Counted from the first letter of the stretch, positions 12,871 through 26,965 are shown. The stretch: 64,000 bases of DNA from Selaginella moellendorffii (GCF_000143415.4 NW_003314275.1:2461419-2525418); one strand, 5' to 3'. Notes: generated by a model not told the origin, from the sequence alone. Translations and numbers: made by a program.

Positions 12871-12959
12871 ACGATCTGTGTCTTGACGTTCTCTCCCAAG
12901 GCGGCCTTGCCAAGCTTGCAATTCCCCAAGACAGAAGATGTTTGATGGCAGAAAAAAAG

Positions 12960-13600
12960 GATAATTACATACCCATATGAGCTTGAGTAGCTGGAAAAGG
13001 AAGCCCATTCCACATTCGATCACATAGATGAAGACTCTCCAGCGATTGCATCTCAACTATAACAATATATCAGGTAGCATTCGAAGAGGATTTAGTCAGC
13101 TGGATCGTCTAGAGATATTTGACTTGAGTGACAACAAACTCAGCAATGAAGTTCCTCCACTGGATAAGTGCACAAACCTTGGTTATCTCAACCTCCATGG
13201 AAACTCGATACAGAGCAAGGTGCCAACTTTTGGTGCACCTGCCTTACGTGGATCTCTGTGAACAAGTTCCACAGAGAGATCAGCTCAAGGCTAGCGAACT
13301 GCTTATACCTCAAAGTGGTCAACTTTGCACAAAACAATCTCACAGGCCTGCTTGAGCTGATGAAGTTGACAAGTTTGTTCTCCTTTGTCATATCCAACAA
13401 GTTGAGTGGCAACGTTCCAGTAAAAAAGCTTGAATTCCACATACCTCAGATATAGTGGGAACCAATTCACAAGGTGTGATTCCCCAAGAAATTTGCAGCT
13501 GGATTATGATCCTGTCTTTTGCATACAAGAGGCTCATTCTCTCCAGATTGAAAATTCTTTATGATCAGTCTCTTAACTCAACAAGCTCCATGGCAGGATC
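12960..13600 (+). pseudogene. Plant extracellular LRR (receptor-like protein/kinase) gene fragment, frameshifted
   Basis: LQRLHLNYNNISGSI, LEIFDLSDNKLSNEVP, LGYLNLHGNSIQSKVP, LKVVNFAQNNLTG and SNKLSGNVP match LxxLxLxxNxLSGxIP; split over frames with stops. Confidence 0.85.
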
Positions 13601-13879
13601 CTTTAATGTTTAATTAATTGATTGATTTATTTATTTAATACTTGTTTTTTTATTTTCCTTTAATGTTTGGAATGGTTCCAACCACTTATTTGGTTTTCCA
13701 TTGGGATTCCAAGGCAAATGGAACCTTTCCATTACCTCCTTGTGGATATGGGACCAAAGATCACTTTGAGCACTTTGCAAGTCATATCAAAAGCTAAGAA
13801 TTTGCATTTGGCTATTTGTGGCAGCAATCAAGGTGTGTGTGGTATTGGTTACATTTCAGGAATCATGTTTTGATCAGTA

Positions 13880-14800
13880 AGACACAAATCCCTAAGCACC
13901 AAAATGGAGTTGAAAGTGTGTCATGTGACAATGGATAAAGCGGAAGTTCAACTAATGTAATATATTTGAATTAAAAATTATAACTTAGAAAGTTGAGAAT
14001 GGGAGTGGAACTCCTAAAGAAGTGCTTGAGGAACAAATACAAAGTGATCGGAAGCAAGTCTTTAAAACAAGATACAAAAAGAACTAACACATGGCAAATG
14101 TCATAAGACACAAAAGTGTCAAAACCAAATTTGAGACCTAGTCTGAGATTGAGTCTAGAATTGATTTCAAGTTCGATACCAAGTCTGAGATCGAGTCCAA
14201 AATCAAGTCTGAGAAATGGAGGTTGAGACTAGGTCTGAGAGGGAGTCCGAGTTCAAATTCAAATTCGAGACTGAGACTGAAATTGAGACCAAGATTGAGG
14301 CTAAGACCAAAACCGAGATTGAGACCAAGACTAAATCCAAGGGTGAAAGCTTAAAGAAATTGTCTCCAGACCCTAAGGGGTTTAGTAAATCCCTACAAAG
14401 TGGAATTAGTGGGGCTAAAAAAGGTTAGTATGATCAAGGAAGACTACACTTATGGGGTGGAAGATGATATAATTACTAAAGAATCCAATGCTAGATAAAT
14501 AGGGTTATTTGATGAAGTATTTAATAGCTATGAGAGATCGAATGATTAATGTTCCCAATTCAACTATGAGTGGCACTACCTTGCATGCTTGCATGGATCA
14601 TCAGAACCTTGCTCTAGCCACATGGTTAGGGCATTCTAGTGGTAGAAGGTGGGGGGAGTACCTATGAGACTCACATTGAGTTGCAATGTTTTGAACTATC
14701 ATCCCAAAGTTTTAAACTATGAAAAGTAAAAGGAATAATCCTTTTGTTTAGTGACCAAGGGTATGGTTACATAGTGAAGAAGTATCAAAGGTTAATAAAA
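13880..14800 (+). repeat. Old decayed LTR of the 140-7357 family, opposite orientation
   Basis: gacacaaatccctaagcaccaaaatggag resembles the reverse complement of the LTR end; decayed GAGACC/GAGTCC array at 14130-14340. Confidence 0.75.
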
Positions 14801-14869
14801 TTTAGTGGATATGCATTCAAGCCCTAAATTAATACTGGTGGTGGTGAGCATTACTATGAATAGTGAGTA

Positions 14870-17800
14870 TAGTATATATAGTTTTCACCCTTTATTCTAT
14901 AGTGATTTACCATAAGATAACCATAAAGTAGAACCTATCCCTTTATATGCCACATGCCACATGTTTGGGGATAATGGACTGGAACTTGAGTTTTAGGGCC
15001 TTGGGCCACTAAAGGAAGGGATAAAGCCCAATTCCCAAACTTGCAGCTAAAGAGTGAAAGAACTAGAGCAAAGAATGACTTTAGACTTAGACCCAAGTCG
15101 CATGTAGAACAAGGACAAACATGCAAGTGGGAATTAAACTATGCCTTAAATTAGTTTGCCATTTCGAACAACACCCCCCACCCCCCCCGCCCCCCCTCTT
15201 GAGGAACACACGCTTTGGGATTTCACCCTTAACCACCTTTAGTACCAGAAGTTAATCTCTGGGACAAGTGTAAAGTTTACTAAATATGGTATGGTGCTAG
15301 GTCATGAATTTAGACATAGAACCAACACCACTGTGTTCAGGACAATCTCTACATTTCGTAGATATGCCGCAAATCTAAACACTTTCCATAAATAGTAATT
15401 AAGACCACACAAAGGGCATGATAACGAGGGTGTTTGACAGACATAGTAAGATATCACCTAGCAATATTGAGGGACTAATATTAATATGCAAAGGTTCTTG
15501 TCAAGCTAGTGCAAGACAGAGCAAAAGAGAATTAAAAGCCAAACCGAGTATGCTCAGCAAGAAACACATAGGAGTTCTTACCTTATGTTCATTTGATTAA
15601 ATATAATTGCTAAACCCAATTTACTAACACTTGAATAAGAGGGACTGATAAAGGGTCTAACAATACAAACCTTCTACCATTGTGATAGTAAGGAAACAAT
15701 ATCCAAAAGAACTAGCCAATAAATACCTTTTGATGCCCGTAGTCATAATTGTAATACTCTCCCCCTCTTAGGGAAGATCGACGTCCTCGTCGATGCATAT
15801 TCTAATCTAGATCATCACCAAGGAAACAACTCCAATTTTTTTTATGGTGTTTACATTTTATGAGAAATGCACTGACTTAAATCTCTCAAATGCACTACAA
15901 CTCAAACCCCTTCTGGCCGTTGCCAACAAGGAAATGATCAATGGAGTTAGCCACCTTTACTACTTTGGGTGTCCCCCAACTTACAAAAAATGATATACCC
16001 TTACCTACATGTGGTATAGAGAGAGAAGCTAGAGGCCCCAGCCCTCATGAGTAAAAAAACCAAACCTGTTAGTAAGGTTTAGATAAACTACTGTAAACAG
16101 GCATGGTCATGCCTTTTTAACGGTTAGGCATTTTAATGCTCTTTACATAGTCACCTGTTTTAACGAAATAAGGAACATCAAGAAAGAAGCAGTTGATGTG
16201 ATAAGTCAATAATAGTTACCCCATGACTAAAATTTCACCATGCACACAAAGTGCCGAAAGCAATTTACCTATACTAGCCCAAATGGAAAGATCAAGAAAT
16301 GGACAATATCAAAGTTAGAGCCAATGATATCTTAGAGACTTAATTATTAAGGAATAAATCTTAGATTAAAACACAAAAGTATTCCAAGTAAATTATCATT
16401 TGATAAACTAATATTAGAGTACAAGAACCACCAAGATTATCATATTTGGAAAACATAAGATTCACTATCTAATAAAATTCAATAGCAAGTGTACCATAAA
16501 AAGCACTCAATGATAAAATTTAATTATCAAAGATTATAGATAATATACCAAAAAACTTACAAAAATAACTAAAAGAACACAAAATATCATCGATTGGCAA
16601 GCAAAATGCTTATGAATGTATCATCTAATGAAAATAATATCCAACCTATCAAAACCAACCATAGTAATAATGTTGCAAAGTAAACAAACATTTGTTTATG
16701 CCAACTATCACACTAGCTAATCTATATAGATCTCAGTCAACAATACTAAAAAACTAGAGTTTCTCAAGTAAGCGTCAATAATATTCTCTCAATATTTCAA
16801 ACCCAAAAAACCAATCCAGAACAAACCATAAAGAACATATAGTAATGCGAAAAGTTATAAACTATCAAAGAGAATATCTAACTATCATAAAAGATCATCA
16901 ATCATCCCATTAATAGAGAAATACATAATTATTGTCAAAGAAAGATTCCATCATCCCAAAGAAAGGCAAATCATTCTATATCAACATCAATTAAACAAAA
17001 CCTTTGACAAGAATAATAGACTATCCTAGATGATAGTCAATCATCACCAATGATTGCTAGATGTAAATATTAACTCCAATATCGAAGTTAATAAGCAAAA
17101 ATGCCTTCCTCAACAACTTCTAATAAATGAAACAAGGAGCATAAAACTCAAAAAACCAAAAACTTGAAGAAGCCTATTAATAGCTAAGTCTTGCCGAATA
17201 ATGATTATGAGTTTTGCATAAACTAACTTCAATGCCAAAGAAAAAATCATGATATAACCCACAATATTCTTCTTAACACATCTAAAAGCCAAATTTCATA
17301 ACGCAAAAGTTAATGAAGGAGTATGTCTACATTAATTTGAAAGTCAAGTAAAATGAAGTTATACTCAACAAGTGATCACCAAATGATCGTCCATAAATCC
17401 ATCTTACATAGCAAAACATAATTCACTTTATAACAAGCATAAGAAGAATCATCAATGATTGATATATTCTTAACCCAAATCTAATAAAGATTCAATCACT
17501 TCAATATCGATCATTAACTCTTCCTTTTATAAAGTTAGTATAGTCCACAACTAAATCACATTTCAAGGAAAAGCCAAAGTTCAACCCCTACTAAATAATC
17601 TAGTCTAGAAGATAACTAACTCAAACTTACCATTTAATTTGTTTGAATGCTAATATAATTGCTAGCTAATAATTGCACGAATGCCAAAACCACAAAGCTA
17701 TAGCCAAATCATCAACACTATTAACATTGAGATTAATGAAACTCAATATCAATTTCTAGAGAGACATCTTATTTCATTTGAGTTACAACATCAACAATGC

Positions 17801-20800
17801 TAATGACAAGACATCATTTTAATGCCATTAACACTAGAATAAAGATAAAAGAAAGAAAGAATAAATCACCACTCAAAGCTTTTTAGCAACTAAGCTAACT
17901 AAGGACAAAGATACAATATTTAGTATTTGAGACCAATCTTTCGACAATACTCAGTTACAGATAACATATCATTAATAAGTGAATCACCACATCCAAGACT
18001 CAATGTAATCCAACATCATGGACTAAACACAACCAAATAATATCGACAAAGATGGAATTGTCATGCCAACATAGAAAAACCATGTAAGTTAACGACACGA
18101 TCCTTCGTAACACCATCTAGTAGAGCAAGTATATCACTGCTAAATCATCATCGAAAAAAGCAAGTGTTAACAGTTCTTAATGAAATGTATAAGTAATTAT
18201 TAATCGTAAAGCCAACAATCACTATTCAACTTGCTTTCAAAAGACCCAGATACTAAATTCATGTCATCAAGTCATACATTTGTCAAATGGAAAGGTACAT
18301 ATATAAAAACATAAACAAGCACAAACTAAATAACTATTCAAATCCAATCAAACTGAAATAAACTCACAATATATTTAGCCAACAATTTTGAGCATACCTT
18401 GAAGAGACTAACTATGCATGAGTAATATTTAGTCGTAACTAAAATGAATACCATAAGATGGATTCATATTGGTACACAACTTCTTCATAGACAAATTATA
18501 ATATGGGTACTAACATCTCAAATTCAAACAATTAAGTTGAACATCACCATCCTTAGCCAAGATGTAGGGCTATTAAGACCAAATCAAGATTAGTGAGAGC
18601 TCACTACTCTTATAGAGTTTAATAAAATGCAAGATGCAACATGTCACCAAACACAATCCTATAGAATAAAGGCACAAAAGTCGCTTTTCGAAAAAAGTGC
18701 ATCATCCATTTTTCTACATTAACTCCAGACACTATCCAACTCAATTGCCTTAACCCCAAAAGTTAACATCCTTTTTAGGCTGCATTATACAAATTATCTA
18801 CCAAAGTTTAAACCAACCAAAGTCAACTCTAACCTTTTCACTAATTTGTATTAGCTTATGAAAATGGAATGGTTTTTAGCAAAATGATCAATAAATCAAC
18901 CATTGGAAAAGTTTAAGAAAACTTATGTAAAATTTTCCATCCCAGAGAAAAAATAACTCTCAGTCTAAGAATACAAATTCTCAAGACTCAACCAACTTCC
19001 TCCCACCTACAACTTTATATAGGTTCACCTCAACACTAATTCTCATGACCCAATAGTATGCTTAAGCATCTGTAGCGCATATGGGATGAGATTTGGATAT
19101 ACTGTCACCGTGAATCCTTGGAACCTTGGGGGATAAATGGGGATAAAATAGCCACTAAGGGCTCTCTCATCAAGCAATTGCCCCTTTTCCAGTTAGCTTA
19201 AGGGGAGAGAGATAAGGTGCGCTATAGTTGGTATCAGAGCAAATGGCACGGGTTCGATTCCCATTGATTAGTGGCTACTTAAAAAGTATAATATACCCTT
19301 GAGCAAGATATATTCCTACCCCTAAATTTGAAATCGTACGTATTGAACATCCATGTGTACGTCTTTCTTTTTGTGTGGTGTATCCATCGTGGGATTGCGG
19401 TACGGGTGGATGATTAGTTGCCTCACATGGAATAACTGATCTACATAATGGAAGGATTGATGATTGAGTGCGGAAATGGAGGTGTTGGTTCCCCTTGGCT
19501 CAGTAGGGGTTGCTAGTCAATAGTCAATGAGGACATTGACATCTCTGAAGGGGGGGTGAGTGTAGCCCATATGATCATGGGATGAAATTTGGATATACTG
19601 TCACCGTGATAAAAGAAGATAAAGTGCACTACAGAAGGGGGGGTGAGTGTAACGCATGTGATCAGGGGGGGTGAGTGTAGCGCATGTGATCATGGGATGA
19701 GATTTGGATATACTGTCACCGTGATAAGAGAAGATAAGGTGCACTACAGCATCAAACATCATACCTATATTTCTGATATCCAACATCGACTTCCGCAAAA
19801 TGCAAGTGAATACCCAAGACTCAATCATAAAAACCATATTTTTATATATTCATATTGCACTAACACTCTTCTTCAATCATCTTCAAGATCTAGTATGAAG
19901 CTAAAATACTAATAAAAAAAATAATATGGAAAATCAAGCTCTAAAGAAAATTTCTCATCACTTGAAATAACAATGTCACTTCCACTAACACAAATGTTAG
20001 CAATATCAATGCCTCAACTTCACACCTTCTCCATCCAACAATTTACTCCAAGTGTTAACAAATAAATTAATAAGCCATAGCAAGTAAGTGCTATAACTTT
20101 TTCCAACACCTTAATGGGCAAACCCTTAAAAAAACAAAGTACCAACTTAAGTTTAGCATACTGAATCACCATCGAGAATTTAGTCAAAGCTGCTATAATG
20201 CTACTATATGCAAGTGGACTAACTTCATTATCAACCACTTTGGGGTTGATCATCATTTGACCAAGTAACTTTGTAAATATATTGCTCACTATCACATAGA
20301 TATTATATAACAATCACAATAACTTGATCACTAATCGAGCAACACCACAAACAATGCCCATGTCATTACGACAAAGATTTATGTGAGTATTGAATGCTAT
20401 CTTGACTCAATAAAATGCAATATAAATACCACACCCACCAATAGAGATCTACAACACCTAACACTATTAACTTTTTTTTATAACATAGATAAGCTCATGC
20501 CACTCTTTTTCTAACAAAACTCAAAACTAATCTTACACCAAACTATTTAAAGAGCAATAGTAAAGTTCCTCAAAAAATAATTGAGCATTGTAACCTTAGT
20601 CTTCAATAGCAAGCCTAAACAAAATGGTTTAGCGCTCCACCACTATTTATCCCACAACTCACCACTTGTAAAACTATCATAACTAACATGCATCAAAGTA
20701 AGAACTCTTGATTGCATAATATGAACACGAGCAATGAAATTACACATTGTTGCCAAATCATCTTTCCAAAGAAAAAATGATTTATATGTTTGATCTTTTG

Positions 20801-21625
20801 TTCCTGATAACCCTTTTTTTCGGTCTCATCTTAACTAAATCTCAAACTTGTGTTCACACTACCTTCAGTCTAATCCAAGAAGAGTTTATGAGAGAGCACG
20901 GTAATGACTATTTGAATTAATAGACTAATCTATACAATTTTAATTGATCCACTTATAATCATGCCTAGGAAAGATCCATTAGTGCCGTGTTAAATAGCTA
21001 TGGACCAGTCTATTTGCCACTCATAGCAAACCCAAGGAATGTTTATTTTACCCACGGTAACATAGAACAACTCATAGAACCACCAATAGGCTAACATTTA
21101 TCCTGCCAACTCAAAGTGTAACTTTGAGTTGCTAATGTGCTTTACTCATGAGCCCAAATGAAAATAGAATGCAATAGAGTGCAAATAGAACATCTCACTT
21201 CCACCTTATGAATCCAAGTGCAAACTCACATAATATGGTATAAAAGGTAACCAAAATTCATACCTAAAGAACGAATGCAAAGTTATAGTAGCTAAACATA
21301 TACCCACTCGAATCATCGCTTTCATTTCTGCATATGCAGCAAGACTAAGTGCCCAATCTTATTAAATAATACTTACTGAAACTTATCCTCTGAGACCAAA
21401 TATGCTACTAAGCTAAGTATGCTTAATTAATAGCACATAGAAATTCTATTCTTATCCTCGTCCAGTCTAAGTACACATGAAATGCCCAGTTAACTCTACT
21501 AGCATAAAAGGAACTAATAAAGGGTCCAGCAATACTAACCTCTTACTATTATGTGATTAAGGAAAGAATATCTGAAATGAATAGTTGACAGGTAACTTTC
21601 GATACCCACAGTCACGTTCGCAATA
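14870..21625 (-). mobile_element. Fossil Gypsy element (LTR family A) with AT-rich decayed pol; 3' LTR ~14870-15756, PPT 15757-15770, partial LTR ~21335-21625
   Basis: Both LTR copies end in gtca..ttg/cgcaata; ctctccccctctt PPT; faint RT/RNase H/integrase motifs on the minus strand; boundaries approximate. Confidence 0.6.
19071..19748 (+). mobile_element. TRIM (terminal-repeat retrotransposon in miniature) with tandem 3' PPT-LTR units
   Basis: TSD GCATC (19066-19070, 19749-19753); 5' LTR 19071-19226; PBS TGGTATCAGAGC 19229-19240; PPT GAAGGGGGGGTGAG; short LTRs 19561-19633 and 19676-19748. Confidence 0.9.
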
Positions 21626-22065
21626 GTGAGGGATTTAATAGAGATTGAAAAAAGGATATTGAAGAATGGTGTTCCCCATCCTAAAGATGTTAAACTGTAA
21701 TTATAGGATGATCATTGTTGGACAAATAACTCAATTTTAGAAAGGTAGAACTATGGTACAAATACTCTTGGACTACCAAAGGCAAATAGACATAACTTTA
21801 GTATAATAGATTAATATATCAATGGTATCTTTGGGTTTTTAGAGTAGAATTTAAATATATGGAGCATTTAGATCAAGTGCAAAAGCTATATGCCTTGAAG
21901 GAGACCTTTAAATTCCCCAAGATGGGATGAAAATTTATGGAGATTATAAGTGAAATTATTCGAAGTGATTAAAGGTATGGTTGAATGACTAAAGTAAAAT
22001 AAAAATCACTTACATAAAAAAAATGGATATAAAGACATTTTTGAGTTTCTTCTTGAAATATTGAG

Positions 22066-22216
22066 TGTAGTGCATGTGATCTGGGCTCCTTCTCAAACTC
22101 TATCTTGGACTACTATCACTATATATTATTGAACTTTGGGGATAAAAAAGCCATTAAAGGATCTTTTATTAAATAATTACCCTTTTTTCAGTTGGCATAG
22201 AGGGTAGTGTGCTATA
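22066..22216 (+). repeat. Decayed solo LTR related to the TRIM 5' LTR
   Basis: tgtagtgcatgtgatc...ggggataaaaaagccattaaagg...gtgctata parallels 19071-19226; no clean TSD. Confidence 0.55.
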
Positions 22217-23474
22217 AAGAGGGAAAGGTAAACTTCAAATGGAAAGAGTAATAAGCCAGGCCAAGAAGAACAAAGGATTAAAAGAGTAACTAATAGTAGG
22301 AGAAAGGATAATTTAATTCTTTGTGAATCAAAGTAGATGCCCTTATAGTGAGAATGGGGATGACTATTAAGAGCTAACTCCCCTAAAATACAAGATGTTA
22401 CACCATCGTCTTTAAGACGAAAGAGGCCTTCCAGAGAGTAAAGGATATTATAGTATGATTGATGATAGTTAGGAATAAAGGAATAGAGGTTGATAATAAA
22501 AATGTTTTTAAAAAAAATAAAAGAGAAGATTATTGTAAACCACCTCCAAAAGTAGTGGCAATTGAATAACAAGAGATTATCCCTAAAACAAGTACTACAT
22601 ATTATGTCAAGGCCAATTTCAATTAATATTACAAAGGACAAATGGCTTTGTAAGGGTGAATTATCTTTATATTTTACACTATCCAATCTTATAATATGTG
22701 AAATGGACCTTTATGTTAGTGATAAAACCATTAAAGTTTTTGGGGAAATAGATCAAGAACAAGGTTAGATATGCTCTATCAACTCATATGTAAAAATTTA
22801 AAAGCTTTGATAGTGTATAATTTCAATTAAAACCCACAAAGGTTTTTAATTTTTGAGGACAACTTTATAGAGTAATAATTAAATTCATTCAAATCTTAAA
22901 GGACTTCACAAATAAGCCTTTATTATTGGGTGGAGAGATAGCATTTTGACAACACCCAAGAATACTAAAATGGTTAACATTAATATGTGTATGTGAATGT
23001 GGGTAGTATATGAAAAGTAAGATCAACTATAAACAATAAGTGAATATCACTAAGATAAGTAAAAGGAACATTAAAATTTATTTTTTTTGTGTGCAAAAGC
23101 ATTGTCTTTCAAGTGTGAATTTGGTATATAAATTTGCAAAAAAAACGAAACCTTTTGGAACCTAACAATAGGATGTAGTGGGGGGATGCTAGTAGTGGTT
23201 AAAGGTTTGTGTGAATTATTTTATAATAATATAATAGAAAGGAAATGGAAAAAGCTAGATCTAGACGAATGTGAGTGCATGGAATATGGAAAGGGAATAC
23301 AGAAATGTGCATATCAATTAGCCCAAAAACCCTAGCTTATATACAGGAGCGAGTGGTCCGGATTGAAACCAATCCGACGGCTACCAAAATCCACTACGCT
23401 AATATTAGTATATGGCATCGTAACCGTACACTTGGCCCTCACATCATCCCCTCCTCTCGGAATAATGGAAGGCC

Positions 23475-26400
23475 GTCAGGGTTCTCTTATAGATGGGCCG
23501 GGATCTGGAGGAACGTCAGGAGGAGGCATCGGCGGATCTGTAGGTGGTATTAACTGCTCCTGATCCCTTTGTATGAAGCATTTTAACTGCTACACATACA
23601 CAATCTCCGGAGGATTGGCCTGCTGAACGTCATGCCGAACCTCATAAACTTGCGGTCCAACTTGCCGCAACACCTGATACGGTCCTTTCCACTGCGCAAG
23701 GAGCCCCTTAGATAAACCACGTACCGTAAGATGGGGAAAACGGACTAACACCAAATCATCCACTTTGTACTCCGCAGGTGGACGATGATGGGAGTTGTAG
23801 CGCCGTTGTTGTCCCACTTGTACGCGGCCTAAGTGTTCGGCAGACTCTGCTCGGACAAGTGGAAGAATACTTGTCAAATACTTATCCCATGACCTAGCAT
23901 CAGGAGCTCGTGGCAATCGCGAAGGTAAACCCAACTCTGTTGGTAATATTGGATCATGACCATATAGAAGTTTATATGGTGAAGCACCAACAGAACTCTG
24001 CACCCTTGTGACATAGGCTTACCGAAGAGACGGCAAATAACCATCCCAATCCGAATGCTGAAAGTTCACATACTTCGAAATCATCCCTTTGAATGTCCGA
24101 ACGAGCCGTTCCACCAGACCGTCTGATTGTGGATGATAAGCACTCGTAAAAGTGTGGCGTATCCCCAACCGAGATGTCAAAACATGAAATACCTCAGCCA
24201 TAAATGCAGGACCATTATCCGAAAGAATCCGCTCTGGACAAGAATGCTGGAACACCACTCGATTGAGGAGGAAGTATCCAACAGTAGTTGCAGAGGCACT
24301 AGCAAGAGCACCAACTTCCACCCAACGAGTCAAGTAGTCAGAGGCAATAATAACATACTCATTGCTAGCAGTCGATTGTGGAAAAGGTCCCATAAGATCA
24401 AACGCCACCAACTCAAACGGACGGGAAACTGCAATTGACTCCAACCGTCCTTCCGCAGCACAAGGGGGAGTATTACGAGCTTGGCACCAAATGCAGCTAC
24501 GCACATACCGGATAATATCACGTCGCATCTCCGGCCAATAGAAAGACCTGCGCAGCTTCTCGGTGACACAACGGTGTCCCATATGCCCACCTAGAACAGG
24601 AGAATCATGGTAGGCATGGAGAAACCGCGGAATAAACACCGAAGGTACCAGCAATCATAAATGATCATCAGGATCCGTCCCCACAAAATAAAGAAGGCCA
24701 TCTTCAAGGCGATATTGAGAATGTAAATGCCGGAAAGGCAAGTCATCAGCAAGTGATGCAGGATTCTCAAACCCATCTCGAAGCCTTCGAATCCACGGCT
24801 CAATCTTCTGAGCTTCGCGAACCTCCTCAAGAGAAGGCAAATCTTGCTCTGCACCCTGTGGACACTGAACGTCAAGGATAGCAACCGCCGACGGCACAGA
24901 ATCCTCATCTAGAAAATCCACAGATGCTGGAACAACAGGTTCGTCAAAATGATGAGAAGTGAGTGAAGAAGGAAGAGGAGTTCGAGAAAGGGCATTAGCA
25001 TCAGCCATAGAACTCCCTGGGCGATGAACAACATTGAAATCATATATCTGAAGCTTCAAAGCCCATCGTGCCGTACGACCAACCAGGTTTTTCCGCTTCA
25101 ATAATGAAGTAACAGCAGCATGGTCACCTTCAAGTAACGTCCGAGAACCATGTAAATATGCATGAAGTTTCTTGAAACCCCAGACTGCTGCTAAACACTC
25201 CTTCTCCGTCGTGGAGTAGTTCATCTCCGCTAGTTGTAATGTACGGCTTATGTATGCAATGGGATGGCGCTGACCAGGCACACTCGAGCTCTCTTGCATC
25301 AACACACCTCCAAGACCAATGTCAGAAGCATTCACGCGCAAAATAAAAGGTCGAGTGTAGTCAGGATATGCCAAAACCGGAGGAGTTGTTAATAGCTCTT
25401 TGAGATCCACGAATGCCCGCTCACAATCCGGAGACCAGATGAAAGATGACGTTGATGACTTCAGCAACGCTCGCAATGGTGTAGTGCGATCAGAAAGATG
25501 ATCCACAAAACGACCAAGATACTGCACCTTACCCAAAAAGCGCTGCACATCATTCACACACTTCAGAGTAGGGAACTTTAGAACAGCCACAAGTTTGTCA
25601 GGATCAACTTGCAAACCCTCACGAGAAATACGGTACCCAAGATAAGTTGTGTCCTTGGACCCAAACACGCACTTCGACCACTTCAGCTTTAAACCAACGT
25701 CGCGTAGCCGATCCAACACTTTACAAACATCACGAACGTGCTCCTCCCACGTCCCCTCCGAGTGGATCAAGATATCATCAATGAAGTCAGCAGTCACCTC
25801 CGGCATATTGCAAAGAACCTCGTCCATCATCCGCTGGAAAGTTGCTGGAGCATTGTTCAAACCAAACGGCATCACCAAGAACTCGTACAAACCAAATGGT
25901 GTACGAAAAACAGTCTTAGGAATATCTTCTTCGGCCATTGGTACTTGCCAATACCCAGAAGTAAGATCTAACTTGGTGAACCAACGACTTCGCCCCAGAC
26001 GATCCAAGAGATCAGCAGTGTGAGGAAGAGGATACACATCTGAGATCGTCACTTTGTTTAACGGACGATAGTCGATGCAGAAACGAATACTCCCATCAGG
26101 CTTCGTCACAAGATAAGGTTCACATGCCCAAGGACTCCGCGACTTTCGAATAACACCCTTTTCCAGCATTTCCTTGACGTTTGCTTGTAAAATTTTGATC
26201 TCCTTAGGTGACCGACGACGAACAAGAACCTTGATTGGACGAGCATCCCCGGTGGGAATTGGATGACGTGTGGCAATCTTGGCCCCAGACGATAGGTCAA
26301 ATTCAAAGAGATCAGAATACTCCTTCATGAGCCGGTCAATTGCTACAACACAAAGATCGTCGAAGGGATCGGAAAAGGGAAAAGTAGAACAAGATGGAAA

Positions 26401-26965
26401 CACAGAAGGAAAGAGTGGGGAAACAAAAGTAATGGAAGCAGAGGTAGAAGTAGAGGGACGAAGAGGTATGGAAATGAGAGGAATGGATGAAACATAAGGA
26501 AGTATGAGACAAGGGGGAGAAGCCTCAAAGTCACACTTGGCATGATTGCGCTGCAACCAATCCATACCAAGAATGAGGTCAAAAGCTTGACTTGGCACCA
26601 CCCGCAATGACTGCAACTCAAGCTCAAGATCGCCCACACGCACAACCAGGTCCACCTCATCCCGTGCACATGCATGTGTACGGCCGTTGCCATAAAGAAT
26701 GAAAACTGGTTCTACCGCACGACGCAAGTGTAGACGACAACGTGTGGCAACAGGTCGAGCAATAGAAGATAAACTCGAACCTATATCAACCAACACGGAG
26801 AGAATAATAGGGGACTTCTTGTTATAAAAACGAGCTTGGAAAATAAACACTGGATGAACTGGTGCCGAGTGAACCCCTTGATGATACTCCTGAAAGAAAG
26901 ATGGAGGGATCACTGATTTATTCGCGCAAGGTCCCTCTGTTACTCGCACGACTCCTCGTTTCCTT
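23475..26965 (-). pseudogene. pol: pol (PR-RT-RNase H-integrase), single frame with three in-frame stops
   Basis: VDIGSS protease; RT FCIDYRPLNK, YEFLVMPFGLNNAPATFQ, FIDD; RNase H; HHCC plus DDE integrase; KGPY. Stops at 24655, 24019 and 23590. Confidence 0.92.

Larger units (their letters stand above)
9090..14370 (+). repeat. Left arm of a ~5.2-kb inverted segmental duplication (right arm 42070-47215)
   Basis: ORF pairs are mirror-identical, e.g. 13028-13261(+) = 43159-43392(-) and 10390-10605(-) = 45779-45994(+). Confidence 0.95.

Noticed and set aside
12482-12886. 134-aa ORF conserved in both arms (also 43534-43938)
   Set aside because: Antisense to the GST2N exons and introns; conserved only because the arm is a recent duplicate.
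13650-13875. Possible LINE 3' tail on the minus strand ending in an A-rich tract
   Set aside because: No convincing motif or TSD by eye.
19071-19226. Cassandra-type 5S rRNA-derived LTR
   Set aside because: No recognisable 5S A/C-box similarity in the TRIM LTR.
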